Assembly (NCBI GenBank): GCA_035251315.1
Contig: DATFEI010000296.1
Span: 1 to 62,627, forward strand
Reading direction: 5' to 3'
Origin: Burkholderiales bacterium
GTDB lineage: Bacteria; Pseudomonadota; Gammaproteobacteria; Burkholderiales; SG8-39
DNA length: 62,627 nt
Shown: piece after piece, positions 53,892 to 62,627 of the stretch
Numbering within the stretch: position 1 is the stretch's first letter
Layout: the number at the start of each line of letters is the position of its first letter
Notes under the pieces: model-generated
What the model saw: only the letters and a program-made list of their open reading frames with translations
The model's database searches: none
Told to the model about the DNA's origin: nothing
Made by a program: the position numbers and the translations under genes

Positions 53892-54381
53892 CGCGGAAGA
53901 GCTCTGCGAGCAGCTAGCGGCCGAACTCAAGCCCCGGATCGGGCCGAAGACCGCGATGGTTGGCCTCTATACCGGCGGTGCCTGGCTCGCGGAGCGGCTG
54001 CACCAGATGTTGCAGATGACGAGGCCGCTTGGCTTGATGGATATCGCGTTCTACCGCGACGACTATGCGGCGCGCGGCCTGAAGCATGATCCCAAGCGCA
54101 CCAAGATCCCGTTCGACGTGAACGGCTGCGAACTGCTGCTAGTGGATGACGTGCTCTACAGCGGCCGCACGGTGCGCGCCGCGATGAACGAGCTGTTCGA
54201 CTACGGCAGGCCCGCAAGCATCGCGCTCGTCGTGCTCGCCGACCGCGGCGGCCGTCAGTTGCCCATTTGCGCGCAGCACGTTGGCGCGCGGGTCGAAGTA
54301 CCGGCCGGCATGCGCCTCACCCTGAAGCGCGAGGAGAGCGGAAAGCTCGCGCTCGCCCTGGAACCCCAGCGTGCAGCGTAA
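53875..54381 (+). CDS. pyrR: Bifunctional pyr operon regulator / uracil phosphoribosyltransferase PyrR
   Basis: 168 aa. PRPP-binding loop [17 protein letters not shown]. Confidence 0.85.
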   Translation: MMKLPDAEELCEQLAAELKPRIGPKTAMVGLYTGGAWLAERLHQMLQMTRPLGLMDIAFYRDDYAARGLKHDPKRTKIPFDVNGCELLLVDDVLYSGRTVRAAMNELFDYGRPASIALVVLADRGGRQLPICAQHVGARVEVPAGMRLTLKREESGKLALALEPQRAA

Positions 54382-55321
54382 TCCGCAGCTGAACGAAAAC
54401 GGCGAGCTGCAGCATCTCCTTTCCATCGAGGGGCTGCCGCGCGAGATCGTGCTGCAGATCCTCGATATCGCCGAGTCCTTCGTCGGCGTCACCGAGCGCG
54501 AAGTGAAGAAGGTACCGCTCCTGCGCGGCAAAAGCGTGTTCAACCTGTTCTTCGAGCCTTCGACGCGAACACGCACCACTTTCGAGATCGCCGCGAAGCG
54601 TCTTTCGGCCGACGTCATCAACCTGAACATCACCGTCTCGTCGGCGACCAAGGGCGAATCGCTGCTCGACACCGTGGCCAACCTCTCGGCGATGCAGGCC
54701 GACATCTTCATCGTGCGCCACGAGTCCTCGGGCGCGCCGTTCCTGATCGCACGTCACGTCAAGGCTCATGAGCACGTGATCAACGCGGGGGACGGCCGCC
54801 ACGCGCACCCGACCCAGGGATTGCTCGATCTCTTCACCATCCGCCACTACAAGAAGGACTTCACGCGGCTCACGGTGGCGATCGTCGGCGACATCCTACA
54901 TTCCCGTGTCGCGCGCTCGCTCATCCACGGGCTTACCACGCTCGGGGTTCCCGAGGTGCGCGTCATTGGCCCGCAGACGCTGCTCCCGACCGGCGTAGAG
55001 GCGCTCGGCGTGCGGGTATTCCATGACATGCGCGCCGGTCTCAACGACTGCGATGTGGTCGTCATGCTGCGCCTGCAGAACGAGCGTATGCGCGGCGCGC
55101 TCCTGCCCTCGGCGCAGGAGTATTTCAAGCACTATGGACTAACTGCCGACAAGCTCACGCTTGCGCGCCGCGACGCCATCGTGATGCACCCCGGCCCGAT
55201 GAACCGCGGCGTCGAGATCGACTCCACCGTCGCCGACGGACCTCACTCGGTGATCCTGCCCCAGGTCACCTTCGGCATCGCGGTGCGGATGGCGGTCATG
55301 AGCATCGTCGCCGGCAACTGA
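54371..55321 (+). CDS. pyrB: Aspartate carbamoyltransferase catalytic subunit
   Basis: 316 aa. [32 protein letters not shown]. Confidence 0.95.
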   Translation: MQRNPQLNENGELQHLLSIEGLPREIVLQILDIAESFVGVTEREVKKVPLLRGKSVFNLFFEPSTRTRTTFEIAAKRLSADVINLNITVSSATKGESLLDTVANLSAMQADIFIVRHESSGAPFLIARHVKAHEHVINAGDGRHAHPTQGLLDLFTIRHYKKDFTRLTVAIVGDILHSRVARSLIHGLTTLGVPEVRVIGPQTLLPTGVEALGVRVFHDMRAGLNDCDVVVMLRLQNERMRGALLPSAQEYFKHYGLTADKLTLARRDAIVMHPGPMNRGVEIDSTVADGPHSVILPQVTFGIAVRMAVMSIVAGN

Positions 55322-56580
55322 TGCGCCTCCATATCAGGAACGGGCGCATCATCGACCCGGCGAGCGGCAAGGACGGAACCGGTGATGTATTCGTAGTCGA
55401 TGGAAAGATTTCGGCTGAGAGCGGAAAAGGGGACCGCATCATAGACGCGAAGGGGCTTGTGGTGGCGCCAGGCTTCATCGACCTCTCGGCGCGGCTGCGC
55501 GAGCCCGGCTACGAGTACAAGGCGACGCTGGAATCGGAAATGGAAGCCGCGCTCGCCGGCGGCGTCACCAGCCTCGCCTGTCCGCCGGATACCGACCCGC
55601 CGCTCGACGAGCCGGGGTTGGTTGACATGCTCCGCCGGCGCGCCAAGGCGCTGTCGCGGGCGCGGGTTTATCCCGTGGGCGCGCTCACCGTGAAGCTCCA
55701 GGGCCAGGCGCTCACCGAGATGGGTCAACTCACCGACGCCGGCTGCGTCGCTTTCTCGCAGGCAAACGCGCCGCTGGCAGATACACAGGTGCTGTGGCGC
55801 GCCCTGCAGTATGCCGCGACTTTCGGCTATCCGGTCTGGCTGCGCGCTGAGGACGCGTGGCTGGCCAAGGGCGGCGTAGCGCACGATGGCGAGGTGGCGA
55901 CGCGCCTAGGCCTGCCGGGTATCCCGCCCTTCGCCGAGACCATCGCGCTCGCGACGTTGCTTGAGCTGGTGCGAGCCACGCGGGCCCGGGTGCACGTCTG
56001 CCGCCTCTCCACCGCGGGCGGCGTCGAACTCATGCGCCGGGCGAAGCATGAGGGTCTCCCGGTAAGCTGCGACGTCGCAGTACATCATGTGCACCTCTGC
56101 GACATGGACCTCGGCTACTTCGACTCGCACTGCCGCCTCGAACCTCCGCTTCGCAGCCAGCGCGATCGCGAAGCGCTCTCTCGCGCGCTTGCCGAAGGCG
56201 TGGTCGACTGCCTTTGTTCGGACCACACCCCGGTCGACGACGACGGCAAGCATCTCCCGTTCGCGCAGGCCGAGCCCGGCGCGACGGGGCTCGAGCTGCT
56301 CCTGCCGTTGGCGTTGAAGTGGGGCGAGGAGCGCCGGCTCGGATTGCCGGCAACCCTTGCGCGCATTACTTCGGAGCCGGCGCGCATTCTCGGCGTCGCT
56401 TCGGGACGCCTCGCCGCCGGCGCGCCCGCCGACTTGGCGGTCTTCGATCCGCAAGCACCGTTGCGCATTGCCTCCGAAACGCTGAAAAGCCAAGGCAAGA
56501 ACACGCCATTTCTGGGCTACGAGCTTGCAGGCCGGGTCCGCTATACGATCGTCGGCGGCAACGTCGCGTACGAAGCATGA
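55321..56580 (+). CDS. Dihydroorotase-like protein lacking the HxH metal motif (PyrC'-type ATCase partner)
   Basis: 419 aa amidohydrolase fold. The position of the canonical D-x-H-x-H-LREPG reads IDLSARLREPG (55480-55494), so both histidines are absent. Starts at the pyrB stop. Confidence 0.8.
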   Translation: MRLHIRNGRIIDPASGKDGTGDVFVVDGKISAESGKGDRIIDAKGLVVAPGFIDLSARLREPGYEYKATLESEMEAALAGGVTSLACPPDTDPPLDEPGLVDMLRRRAKALSRARVYPVGALTVKLQGQALTEMGQLTDAGCVAFSQANAPLADTQVLWRALQYAATFGYPVWLRAEDAWLAKGGVAHDGEVATRLGLPGIPPFAETIALATLLELVRATRARVHVCRLSTAGGVELMRRAKHEGLPVSCDVAVHHVHLCDMDLGYFDSHCRLEPPLRSQRDREALSRALAEGVVDCLCSDHTPVDDDGKHLPFAQAEPGATGLELLLPLALKWGEERRLGLPATLARITSEPARILGVASGRLAAGAPADLAVFDPQAPLRIASETLKSQGKNTPFLGYELAGRVRYTIVGGNVAYEA

Positions 56581-57113
56581 CAAGACTGGCTCTTTTGATA
56601 CTGATCCTCGGCCTCGCCGGGTGCGGGACCACAAGCAGACCTGGCGGGTATTACCTGGACGACGGACCACCGGAGAGGCCGCCTGCGGACCTCGATCGCG
56701 TGGCCGATGCAGTGCCGCGCATCGAGCCACTGCATAAGTACGCGAACCGCCCGTACAGCGCGCTTGGCCGGGATTATGTGCCGATGACTTCGCTGCAGCC
56801 TTTCCGGCAGCGCGGAATGGCAAGCTGGTACGGCAAGCGCTACCACGGCCAGAAGACTTCAAGCGGCGAGGTCTACGACATGTACGCCATGACTGCCGCG
56901 CACCCCACGTTGCCCATTCCGAGTTACGCGCGCGTCACCAACCTTGCGAACGGCAGGAGCGTAGTCGTTCGCATCAACGACCGCGGCCCGTTCCGCGGCA
57001 CCCGCATCATCGACGTCTCGTACGTTGCTGCGCACAAGCTCGGCTTCATTCAGGCTGGACAAGCGCAGGTCGACGTGGAGGCCGTCGTGCCCGGCAGAAC
57101 CGCGGGCTTATAA
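56577..57113 (+). CDS. rlpA: Septal ring lytic transglycosylase RlpA family lipoprotein (DPBB domain only)
   Basis: Trimmed to MTRLALLILILGLAGC (lipobox). ASWYGKRYHGQKTSSGEVYDMYAMTAAHPTLPIPSYARVTNLANGRSVVVRINDRGPF. ATGA overlap with the upstream stop. Confidence 0.8.
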   Translation: MTRLALLILILGLAGCGTTSRPGGYYLDDGPPERPPADLDRVADAVPRIEPLHKYANRPYSALGRDYVPMTSLQPFRQRGMASWYGKRYHGQKTSSGEVYDMYAMTAAHPTLPIPSYARVTNLANGRSVVVRINDRGPFRGTRIIDVSYVAAHKLGFIQAGQAQVDVEAVVPGRTAGL

Positions 57114-57136
57114 TCCGCCGCTTTTTCGGCACGCGG

Positions 57137-58258
57137 ATGAGGTTTTTTCTCGCTTTAGTCGCCTGCGCTTCTTTTGGAGTTCAAGCGGCTGCCCCGCAGC
57201 CGCCCTCGATCATCGGCAAGTCCTGGGTGCTCGGCGACCTCTCGAGCGGACAGGTGCTCTCCGCCCAGAAAGCGGAGGAGCGCTTCGAGCCCGCGTCGCT
57301 CACGAAGATGATGACGGCGTACGTCGTGTTCGCTGCACTGCGCGATAGAAAACTCGCGCTCGACCAGCAGGTAAAGGTGTCGGAGCGCGCCTGGAAGGCC
57401 CCGGGAGCTCGGATGTACCTGGAGCCGCGCCGGCCGGTAGCGGTGGAGGAGCTGATCCGCGGCATGGTGGTGCAGTCGGCCAACGACGCCTGCGTCGCGC
57501 TCGCCGAGGCGCTTGCCGGAAGCGAGGAGGCTTTCGCCCAGAAGATGAACCGTGAGGCCGAGCGGCTCGGCATGAAGAACACCCGGTTCGTGAATGCCTC
57601 AGGGCTACCACACGCCCAGCACTACAGCACCGCTCAGGACCTGTACAACCTCGCCGCCGCGCTGATCCGCGATTTCCCCGACGAGTATGCACAGTACTAC
57701 TCGCAGAAGGAGTTTCGCTACAACAACATCCCGCAGGTGAATCGCAATCGGCTGCTGTGGATCGACCCGAGCGTCGACGGCGTGAAGACTGGACAGACCG
57801 AGGCCGCGGGGTACTGCCTCGTCGCCTCGTCGCGCCGCGGCGGACGGCGCTTGCTGTCGGTGCTGCTCGGCTCAACCTCGGAGGCGACGCGCGCGCAGGA
57901 GTCTCTCAAGCTCCTCAATTGGGGATATCAGTTTTTCGACAGCGTTAAGCTCTACGCCGCCGGCGCCGCGGTGCGCTCGCTCGAGGTCTGGAAAGGCGCC
58001 TCGCGCAGCGTGGAGGTCGGTGTCGGCGCCGACCTCTTCGTCACTGTGCCGAAGGGCGAGTCGGACCGGCTTAAAGCAGAGCTCGTTTCCCAGCAGCCGC
58101 TCGTCGCGCCGCTCGGCAAGGGCCAGCGCGTCGGCGTGCTGCGCGTCACGCACGACGGCAGGCTCTTCGCCGAATATCCGCTCGTTACGCTCGAGCCGGT
58201 GGCCATGGCGGGATTCCCCCGGCGCACCTGGGATACACTGCGGTTATGGCTCAAATGA
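57137..58258 (+). CDS. D-alanyl-D-alanine carboxypeptidase (PBP5/6 class)
   Basis: 373 aa. Signal peptide, and the SLTK (SxxK), SAND (SxN) and KTG motifs. Confidence 0.9.
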   Translation: MRFFLALVACASFGVQAAAPQPPSIIGKSWVLGDLSSGQVLSAQKAEERFEPASLTKMMTAYVVFAALRDRKLALDQQVKVSERAWKAPGARMYLEPRRPVAVEELIRGMVVQSANDACVALAEALAGSEEAFAQKMNREAERLGMKNTRFVNASGLPHAQHYSTAQDLYNLAAALIRDFPDEYAQYYSQKEFRYNNIPQVNRNRLLWIDPSVDGVKTGQTEAAGYCLVASSRRGGRRLLSVLLGSTSEATRAQESLKLLNWGYQFFDSVKLYAAGAAVRSLEVWKGASRSVEVGVGADLFVTVPKGESDRLKAELVSQQPLVAPLGKGQRVGVLRVTHDGRLFAEYPLVTLEPVAMAGFPRRTWDTLRLWLK

Positions 58259-59127
58259 CGGTTTTTCTGAACGGCGGGCTCCTGCCGATCGAGCAGGCGA
58301 CGGTCTCGGTCCTTGACCGCGGCTTCATCTTCGGCGACGGCGTGTACGAGCTCGTGCCGGTGTACTCGCGCGTGCCTTTCCGGCTCGAGGAGCACCTCGC
58401 GCGCCTGGAGCGCAGCCTGGGCGAGACCCGCATCCGCAACCCGTACTCGCGCGCGCAGTGGCGTGCGCACATCTACGCGCTGATCGATGCGCAGCCCTTC
58501 GAGGACCAAGGCATCTACTTCCAGGTCACCCGCGGCGTCGCGAAGCGCGATCATGCATTTCCGGCCAACGTGGAACCGACGGTGTTCATGATGTCGAACC
58601 CTCTGGTGAACCCGCAGCCGGCGCAGGTCGAGAAGGGCGCTTCGGCGGTGAGCGCGCAGGACTACCGCTGGCTCCGCTGCGACATCAAGTCGATCTCGCT
58701 CATCGGCAACTGCCTGCTGCGGCAGATTTCCGCCGAAGCGGGCGGGGCGGAGACGATTCTCTTCCGCGAGGGGAAGCTGACCGAGGCCTCGGCTTCGAAC
58801 GTTTTCATCGTGAAGCGCGGCGTGATCCAGTCGCCGCCGAAGTCGAACCTCATCCTCCCCGGCATCACATACGACGTGGTGGTCGAACTTGCGCGTGCGA
58901 ACGGCCTGCCGCTGGAATTCAAGGACATCCCGGAAGCCGACGTGCGCGCCGCGGACGAGCTCTGGGTCAGCTCCTCGTCCAAGGAGGTGCTCGCTATCGT
59001 GGAGCTCGACGGCGAGCGCATCGGCGATGGGCGCCCCGGCCCCGTGTTCCGCCGCATGTTCCAGCTCTATCAGGAGTTCAAGCAGAAGGTCATGCGCGCC
59101 GGCAAGCGCGAGGCCGTATCGGCTTAA
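58246..59127 (+). CDS. dat: D-amino-acid aminotransferase (class IV aminotransferase)
   Basis: 293 aa. VSVLDRGFIFGDGVYE, YFQVTRG, and the lysine region CDIKSISL. Alternative start ATG at 58255 makes an ATGA junction with the carboxypeptidase stop. Confidence 0.8.
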   Translation: MAQMTVFLNGGLLPIEQATVSVLDRGFIFGDGVYELVPVYSRVPFRLEEHLARLERSLGETRIRNPYSRAQWRAHIYALIDAQPFEDQGIYFQVTRGVAKRDHAFPANVEPTVFMMSNPLVNPQPAQVEKGASAVSAQDYRWLRCDIKSISLIGNCLLRQISAEAGGAETILFREGKLTEASASNVFIVKRGVIQSPPKSNLILPGITYDVVVELARANGLPLEFKDIPEADVRAADELWVSSSSKEVLAIVELDGERIGDGRPGPVFRRMFQLYQEFKQKVMRAGKREAVSA

Positions 59128-59138
59128 GAGGCTCGGCC

Positions 59139-59411
59139 GTGCCGGTCGTAGCGGATGGCTCGCCTTTAGCGTTTCCTTGCGATTTTCCGATCAAGGTCAT
59201 GGGCCGCAAGCAGCCGCGCTTCGTGCAGTCGGTCACCGGCATCGTGCGCAAGCACGCGCCTGACTTCGACGCCGCGACAGTCGAGATGCGCCCGAGTCGC
59301 CAGGGAAAGTATCTGAGCGTCACCTGCGTGGTGCGCGCCATCTCGCGCGAGCAACTCGACGCCCTCTACCAGGAGCTGTGCGACCATCCCGACGTGGTCA
59401 TGGTCCTATGA
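59139..59411 (+). CDS. ybeD: YbeD (DUF493) family protein
   Basis: Trimmed to the GTG at 59139 (90 aa). FPCDFPIKVMG. Lies upstream of lipB, as in E. coli. Confidence 0.8.
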   Translation: MPVVADGSPLAFPCDFPIKVMGRKQPRFVQSVTGIVRKHAPDFDAATVEMRPSRQGKYLSVTCVVRAISREQLDALYQELCDHPDVVMVL

Positions 59412-60013
59412 CCGTCGTCGACCACATCGTCGTCCGGCGGCTCGGCCGCGCGGATTATTTCGCTACCTGGGAAGCCATGCGCTCGTTCACCCGGGCGCGC
59501 GACGACTCGACTCCCGACGAGCTCTGGGTGCTCGAGCACCCGCCGGTCTACACGGTGGGGCAGGGCGCGCCGATTCCGTTAATCCACAGCGACATTCCGG
59601 TCATCAAGACCGACCGCGGCGGTGATATCACATACCACGGCCCGGGGCAGGTCGTGATCTACACGCTTGTGGACCTTGCACGGCGCTCGATCAAGGTCAA
59701 GCGCTTCGTGTGGTTGCTTGAGCAGGCGGTGATCGACCTGCTCTGCGGGCGCGCCGAGCGCAAGACCGGCGCGCCGGGCGTGTACGTCGACGGGGCGAAG
59801 ATCGCGGCGCTCGGCATCCGCGTCGTGCGCGGCCGCGCTTATCACGGCGTGGCGCTCAATGTCGACATGGAGCTCTCGCCGTTCTCGGCCATCGATCCCT
59901 GTGGCTATCCGGGACTGCGTATGACGCAAATGAAGGACCTGGGTTTTGCCGAGACGCCGGCAACCGTGGCTTCCTGCTTGTGTCAAATTCTGGTTGAAAA
60001 GCTCGATGCGTGA
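59408..60013 (+). CDS. lipB: Octanoyltransferase LipB
   Basis: Trimmed to [13 protein letters not shown] (ATGA overlap with ybeD). [24 protein letters not shown]. Confidence 0.9.
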   Translation: MTVVDHIVVRRLGRADYFATWEAMRSFTRARDDSTPDELWVLEHPPVYTVGQGAPIPLIHSDIPVIKTDRGGDITYHGPGQVVIYTLVDLARRSIKVKRFVWLLEQAVIDLLCGRAERKTGAPGVYVDGAKIAALGIRVVRGRAYHGVALNVDMELSPFSAIDPCGYPGLRMTQMKDLGFAETPATVASCLCQILVEKLDA

Positions 60014-60932
60014 AGCTGGCGTAAAGGAAAAAGGCGCCCGCAAGACGATCCGCATCGTTCCGCGTGCGCCGCTGCCGAAGCCGGCGTGGATCCGCGTGCG
60101 CGCCGCGAGCCCGAACTCGCGCTTCTACGAGATCAAGCATATCCTGCGTGAACAAAAGCTGCACACTGTGTGCGAAGAAGCGTCGTGCCCGAATATTGCC
60201 GAGTGCTTCGGCAAGGGCACGGCAACTTTCATGATCCTGGGCGACATCTGCACGCGCCGCTGCCCGTTCTGCGACGTTGCGCATGGCCGGCCACTCGCTC
60301 CCGACGCCGAAGAGCCGCGGCATCTCGCTGAAACGATCTCGCGTCTCGGCCTGAAATACGTGGTCATTACCAGCGTCGACCGCGACGACCTGCGCGACGG
60401 CGGCGCACAGCACTTCGTGGACTGCATTCGTTTCGTGCGACATGCCGCCCCGCACACGACGGTCGAAGTGCTGGTGCCCGACTTCCGCGGGCGGCTGGAG
60501 CGCGCGCTCGATATCCTGAAGGCGGTGCCGCCGGACGTCATGAACCACAACCTGGAAACCGTGCCGCGGCTCTACCGCAAGGCGCGCCCGGGCGGCGACT
60601 ATGAGCACTCGCTGCGCTTGCTCCAGGAGTTCAAGAAGCTGCACCCGGCCGTGCCTACCAAGTCAGGCCTGATGGTCGGGCTCGGCGAGACGGACGACGA
60701 GATCCTCGCGGTCATGCGCGACCTGCGCGCCCACGAGGTCGACATGCTGACGATCGGGCAGTACCTCCAGCCCTCGCCGCATCATTTGCCAGTGGAGCGC
60801 TACGCCGAGCCTCGGGTTTTTTCTCTTTTTGAGAGAGAAGCGGTGAGCCTCGGGTTCCGGCATGCCGCGGTCGGCGCGCTTGTGCGCTCGTCGTACCACG
60901 CGGACCAGCAGGCGCACCAGGCCGGGGTCTAG
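60006..60932 (+). CDS. lipA: Lipoyl synthase LipA
   Basis: Trimmed to the ATG at 60006. [12 protein letters not shown] and the radical-SAM CTRRCPFC cluster motifs. Confidence 0.95.
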   Translation: MREAGVKEKGARKTIRIVPRAPLPKPAWIRVRAASPNSRFYEIKHILREQKLHTVCEEASCPNIAECFGKGTATFMILGDICTRRCPFCDVAHGRPLAPDAEEPRHLAETISRLGLKYVVITSVDRDDLRDGGAQHFVDCIRFVRHAAPHTTVEVLVPDFRGRLERALDILKAVPPDVMNHNLETVPRLYRKARPGGDYEHSLRLLQEFKKLHPAVPTKSGLMVGLGETDDEILAVMRDLRAHEVDMLTIGQYLQPSPHHLPVERYAEPRVFSLFEREAVSLGFRHAAVGALVRSSYHADQQAHQAGV

Positions 60933-61011
60933 GAGGTGAGAGCGGTCGTGGTCGCCGCAAGACAACTATGCCCGCGGCAAGAGTGACCAGCCCGCCGATA
61001 ATCCTCGCCTT

Positions 61012-61686
61012 GTGAGAAGCGCGATTCTCGCAGCGTTCGTGGTGACGTTGGCCGCTCCGGCCGCAGCCCAGCTGGAGGGGCTGACGCAGCGCGAGGCGCT
61101 TGCCGGCCTGCAGACGGCGCTCGAGCGCGGCGCGCGCAGCGCGGTAGCGACGCTCGGCCAGTTCGACGGCTTCCTCGGCAATCCGCATGTCCGGATCCCG
61201 CTGCCCGACTCGCTCGCGCGGACCGAAAGGCTCGCCCGCCGGCTCGGCTTCGGAGCCGAAGCCGACGAGCTCGTCGTCGCCATGAACCGCGCCGCCGAGG
61301 CCGCGATGCCCGAGGCGCGCACGCTCCTGGTCGACGCGGTGAAGAAGATGAGCATCCAGGACGCCAAGGCCATCCTCACCGGCGGCGACACCGCCGCGAC
61401 GCAATACTTTCGGAAAACGAGCCACGCTGCGCTTCACGACCGCTTTCTGCCCGTCGTGAAGTCCGCGACCGAGAAAGTCGGCGTCGCCCAGCGCTACCGC
61501 GAGCTCGCGCAGCCGGCGGCCGCGTTCGGCCTGGTCAAGGCCGAGGCCGCGGATCTCGACGAATACGTGACGCTCAAGGCGCTCGACGGCCTCTATTTCA
61601 TGTTGGGTGAGGAAGAGAAGAAGATTCGCAAGGACCCGGTTGGCACCGGCAGCGCGATCCTGCGCCGGGTTTTCGGCGCGCTTTAG
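61012..61686 (+). CDS. DUF4197 domain protein, secreted
   Basis: 224 aa. Signal peptide (M)RSAILAAFVVTLAAPAAA. ...FLGNPHVRIPLP... is the pattern I associate with DUF4197. Confidence 0.6.
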   Translation: MRSAILAAFVVTLAAPAAAQLEGLTQREALAGLQTALERGARSAVATLGQFDGFLGNPHVRIPLPDSLARTERLARRLGFGAEADELVVAMNRAAEAAMPEARTLLVDAVKKMSIQDAKAILTGGDTAATQYFRKTSHAALHDRFLPVVKSATEKVGVAQRYRELAQPAAAFGLVKAEAADLDEYVTLKALDGLYFMLGEEEKKIRKDPVGTGSAILRRVFGAL

Positions 61687-62627
61687 TGCGCCTTGTCCCA
61701 GTTGTTTCCTACACCCACCTCCACGACGAGAGGGACGTCCAGCTTCGCGACGGACTGCATGAGCTCCGGAACACTCGCTCTAACGGTCTGGAGTTCGTTG
61801 TCGGGAACTTCGAATACGAGCTCGTCGTGCACCTGCATGATCAGAAGGGCCTTGAGCTCTTCCTTGTCGAGGAAGTTCTGGACCGCGATCATGGCGAGCT
61901 TGATGAGGTCCGCGGCCGTGCCCTGCATTGGCGCATTGATCGCCGCGCGCTCTGCGGCCTGGCGCCTTACCGGCGCGCCGCTCTTTAGCTCAGGGAGCCA
62001 CAACCGCCGGCCGAACACGGTCTCGACATAGCCGAGCTCGCGCGCGCGGGCGCGCGTCTCGTCCATGTAGCGCTTGGCACCGGGGTAGCGCGCAAAGTAG
62101 CGCTCGATGTAGGTCTGGGCAGTCGAGCGGTCGATGCCGAGGTTCTGCGCCACGCCGAAGGACGACATGCCGTAGATCAGGCCGAAGTTGATCACCTTGG
62201 CGACGCGGCGCTGATCGGGATCGACCTGGGACAAAGGTACACCGAAGACTTCGGCGGCGGTCGCGCGGTGGATGTCTTCCCCTTCGGCGAACGCGCGCCG
62301 CAGGTTCGGATCGCCCGAAAGGTGCGCCATGATCCTCAACTCGATCTGCGAGTAGTCCGCCGAGACGATCTTCGCGCCCGGCGGCGCGATGAAGCATTCG
62401 CGGATGCGGCGGCCGGCCGGGGTGCGGATCGGGATGTTCTGCAGGTTGGGCTCGTTGGACGAGAGCCTGCCAGTGACCGCGGTGATCTGCGAGTACGTGG
62501 TGTGCACACGGCCGGTGCGCTCGTTGATGCTCTTCGGCAGCTTGTCGGTGTACGTGGACTTGAGCTTGGAGAGCGCGCGGTGCTCGAGGATAAGCCGCGG
62601 CAGCGGGTGGTCGAGCGCGAGCTCGGC
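61683..62627 (-). CDS. polA: DNA polymerase I, C-terminal polymerase domain (partial, continues off the right edge)
   Basis: The frame is open to the window end. ILEHRALSKLKSTYTDKLP...TGRVHTTYSQ, SADYSQIELRIMAH, RRQAAERAAINAPMQGTAADL, QVHDELVFE. The stop overlaps the DUF4197 stop region. Confidence 0.92.
   Translation of the reverse strand, partial: AELALDHPLPRLILEHRALSKLKSTYTDKLPKSINERTGRVHTTYSQITAVTGRLSSNEPNLQNIPIRTPAGRRIRECFIAPPGAKIVSADYSQIELRIMAHLSGDPNLRRAFAEGEDIHRATAAEVFGVPLSQVDPDQRRVAKVINFGLIYGMSSFGVAQNLGIDRSTAQTYIERYFARYPGAKRYMDETRARARELGYVETVFGRRLWLPELKSGAPVRRQAAERAAINAPMQGTAADLIKLAMIAVQNFLDKEELKALLIMQVHDELVFEVPDNELQTVRASVPELMQSVAKLDVPLVVEVGVGNNWDKAH

Overview
High-GC (roughly two-thirds G+C by eye) core-chromosome window from a proteobacterium with betaproteobacterial-type synteny. 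It covers the dnaA region: mnmE-yidC-yidD-rnpA-rpmH on the minus strand, diverging from dnaA-dnaN-gyrB. After that come a TopB-like topoisomerase with smg and dprA, then a LysM protein, def-fmt-rsmB and DUF4390-ntrY-ntrX. Next are metH and an accessory-looking aromatic-catabolism block (thioesterase, pcaB-pcaG-pcaH, GST-zeta isomerase, two FAH hydrolases, MarR), followed by a porin-glnK-amtB nitrogen operon. The rest is ubiK, comM, apaH-HIT, a PfkB kinase, DUF3426-prmA-accC-accB, mpl, yqiA, an RNB ribonuclease, a TonB-like protein, aroE, mtgA, mgtE, a GNAT, hemL-thiE-thiD, rubredoxin, yqgE-ruvX-pyrR-pyrB-pyrC'-rlpA-dac-dat-ybeD-lipB-lipA, DUF4197 and the 3' end of polA. I found no rRNA, tRNA, CRISPR array, transposase, integrase, phage or defence genes. 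Packing is very tight, with many ATGA/GTGA 4-nt gene junctions. Many ORF-track entries carry spurious N-terminal extensions, which I trimmed using signal peptides, family N-termini and stop/start overlaps. Two small ribosomal protein genes are missing from the ORF track: rpmH (46 aa) and a THX-type peptide (36 aa). I did not find a clear-cut novel multi-gene system. The most interesting items are listed here.
- A sigma54/NtrC-type promoter drives a TorF-family porin-glnK-amtB operon.
- A secreted DUF4390 protein is translationally coupled to NtrY, and the partner NtrX has a degenerate AAA+ domain.
- pcaHGB is fused in one strand-block to a maleyl-isomerase/FAH module under a MarR regulator.
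- The metH leader is structured and attenuator-like.
- A CTAG-rich, AT-rich island lies upstream of accBC.
- Conserved N-termini of rnpA, fmt and probably pcaB are reachable only from CTG codons.
All functional calls rest on my recognition of motifs and synteny. No searches were run.
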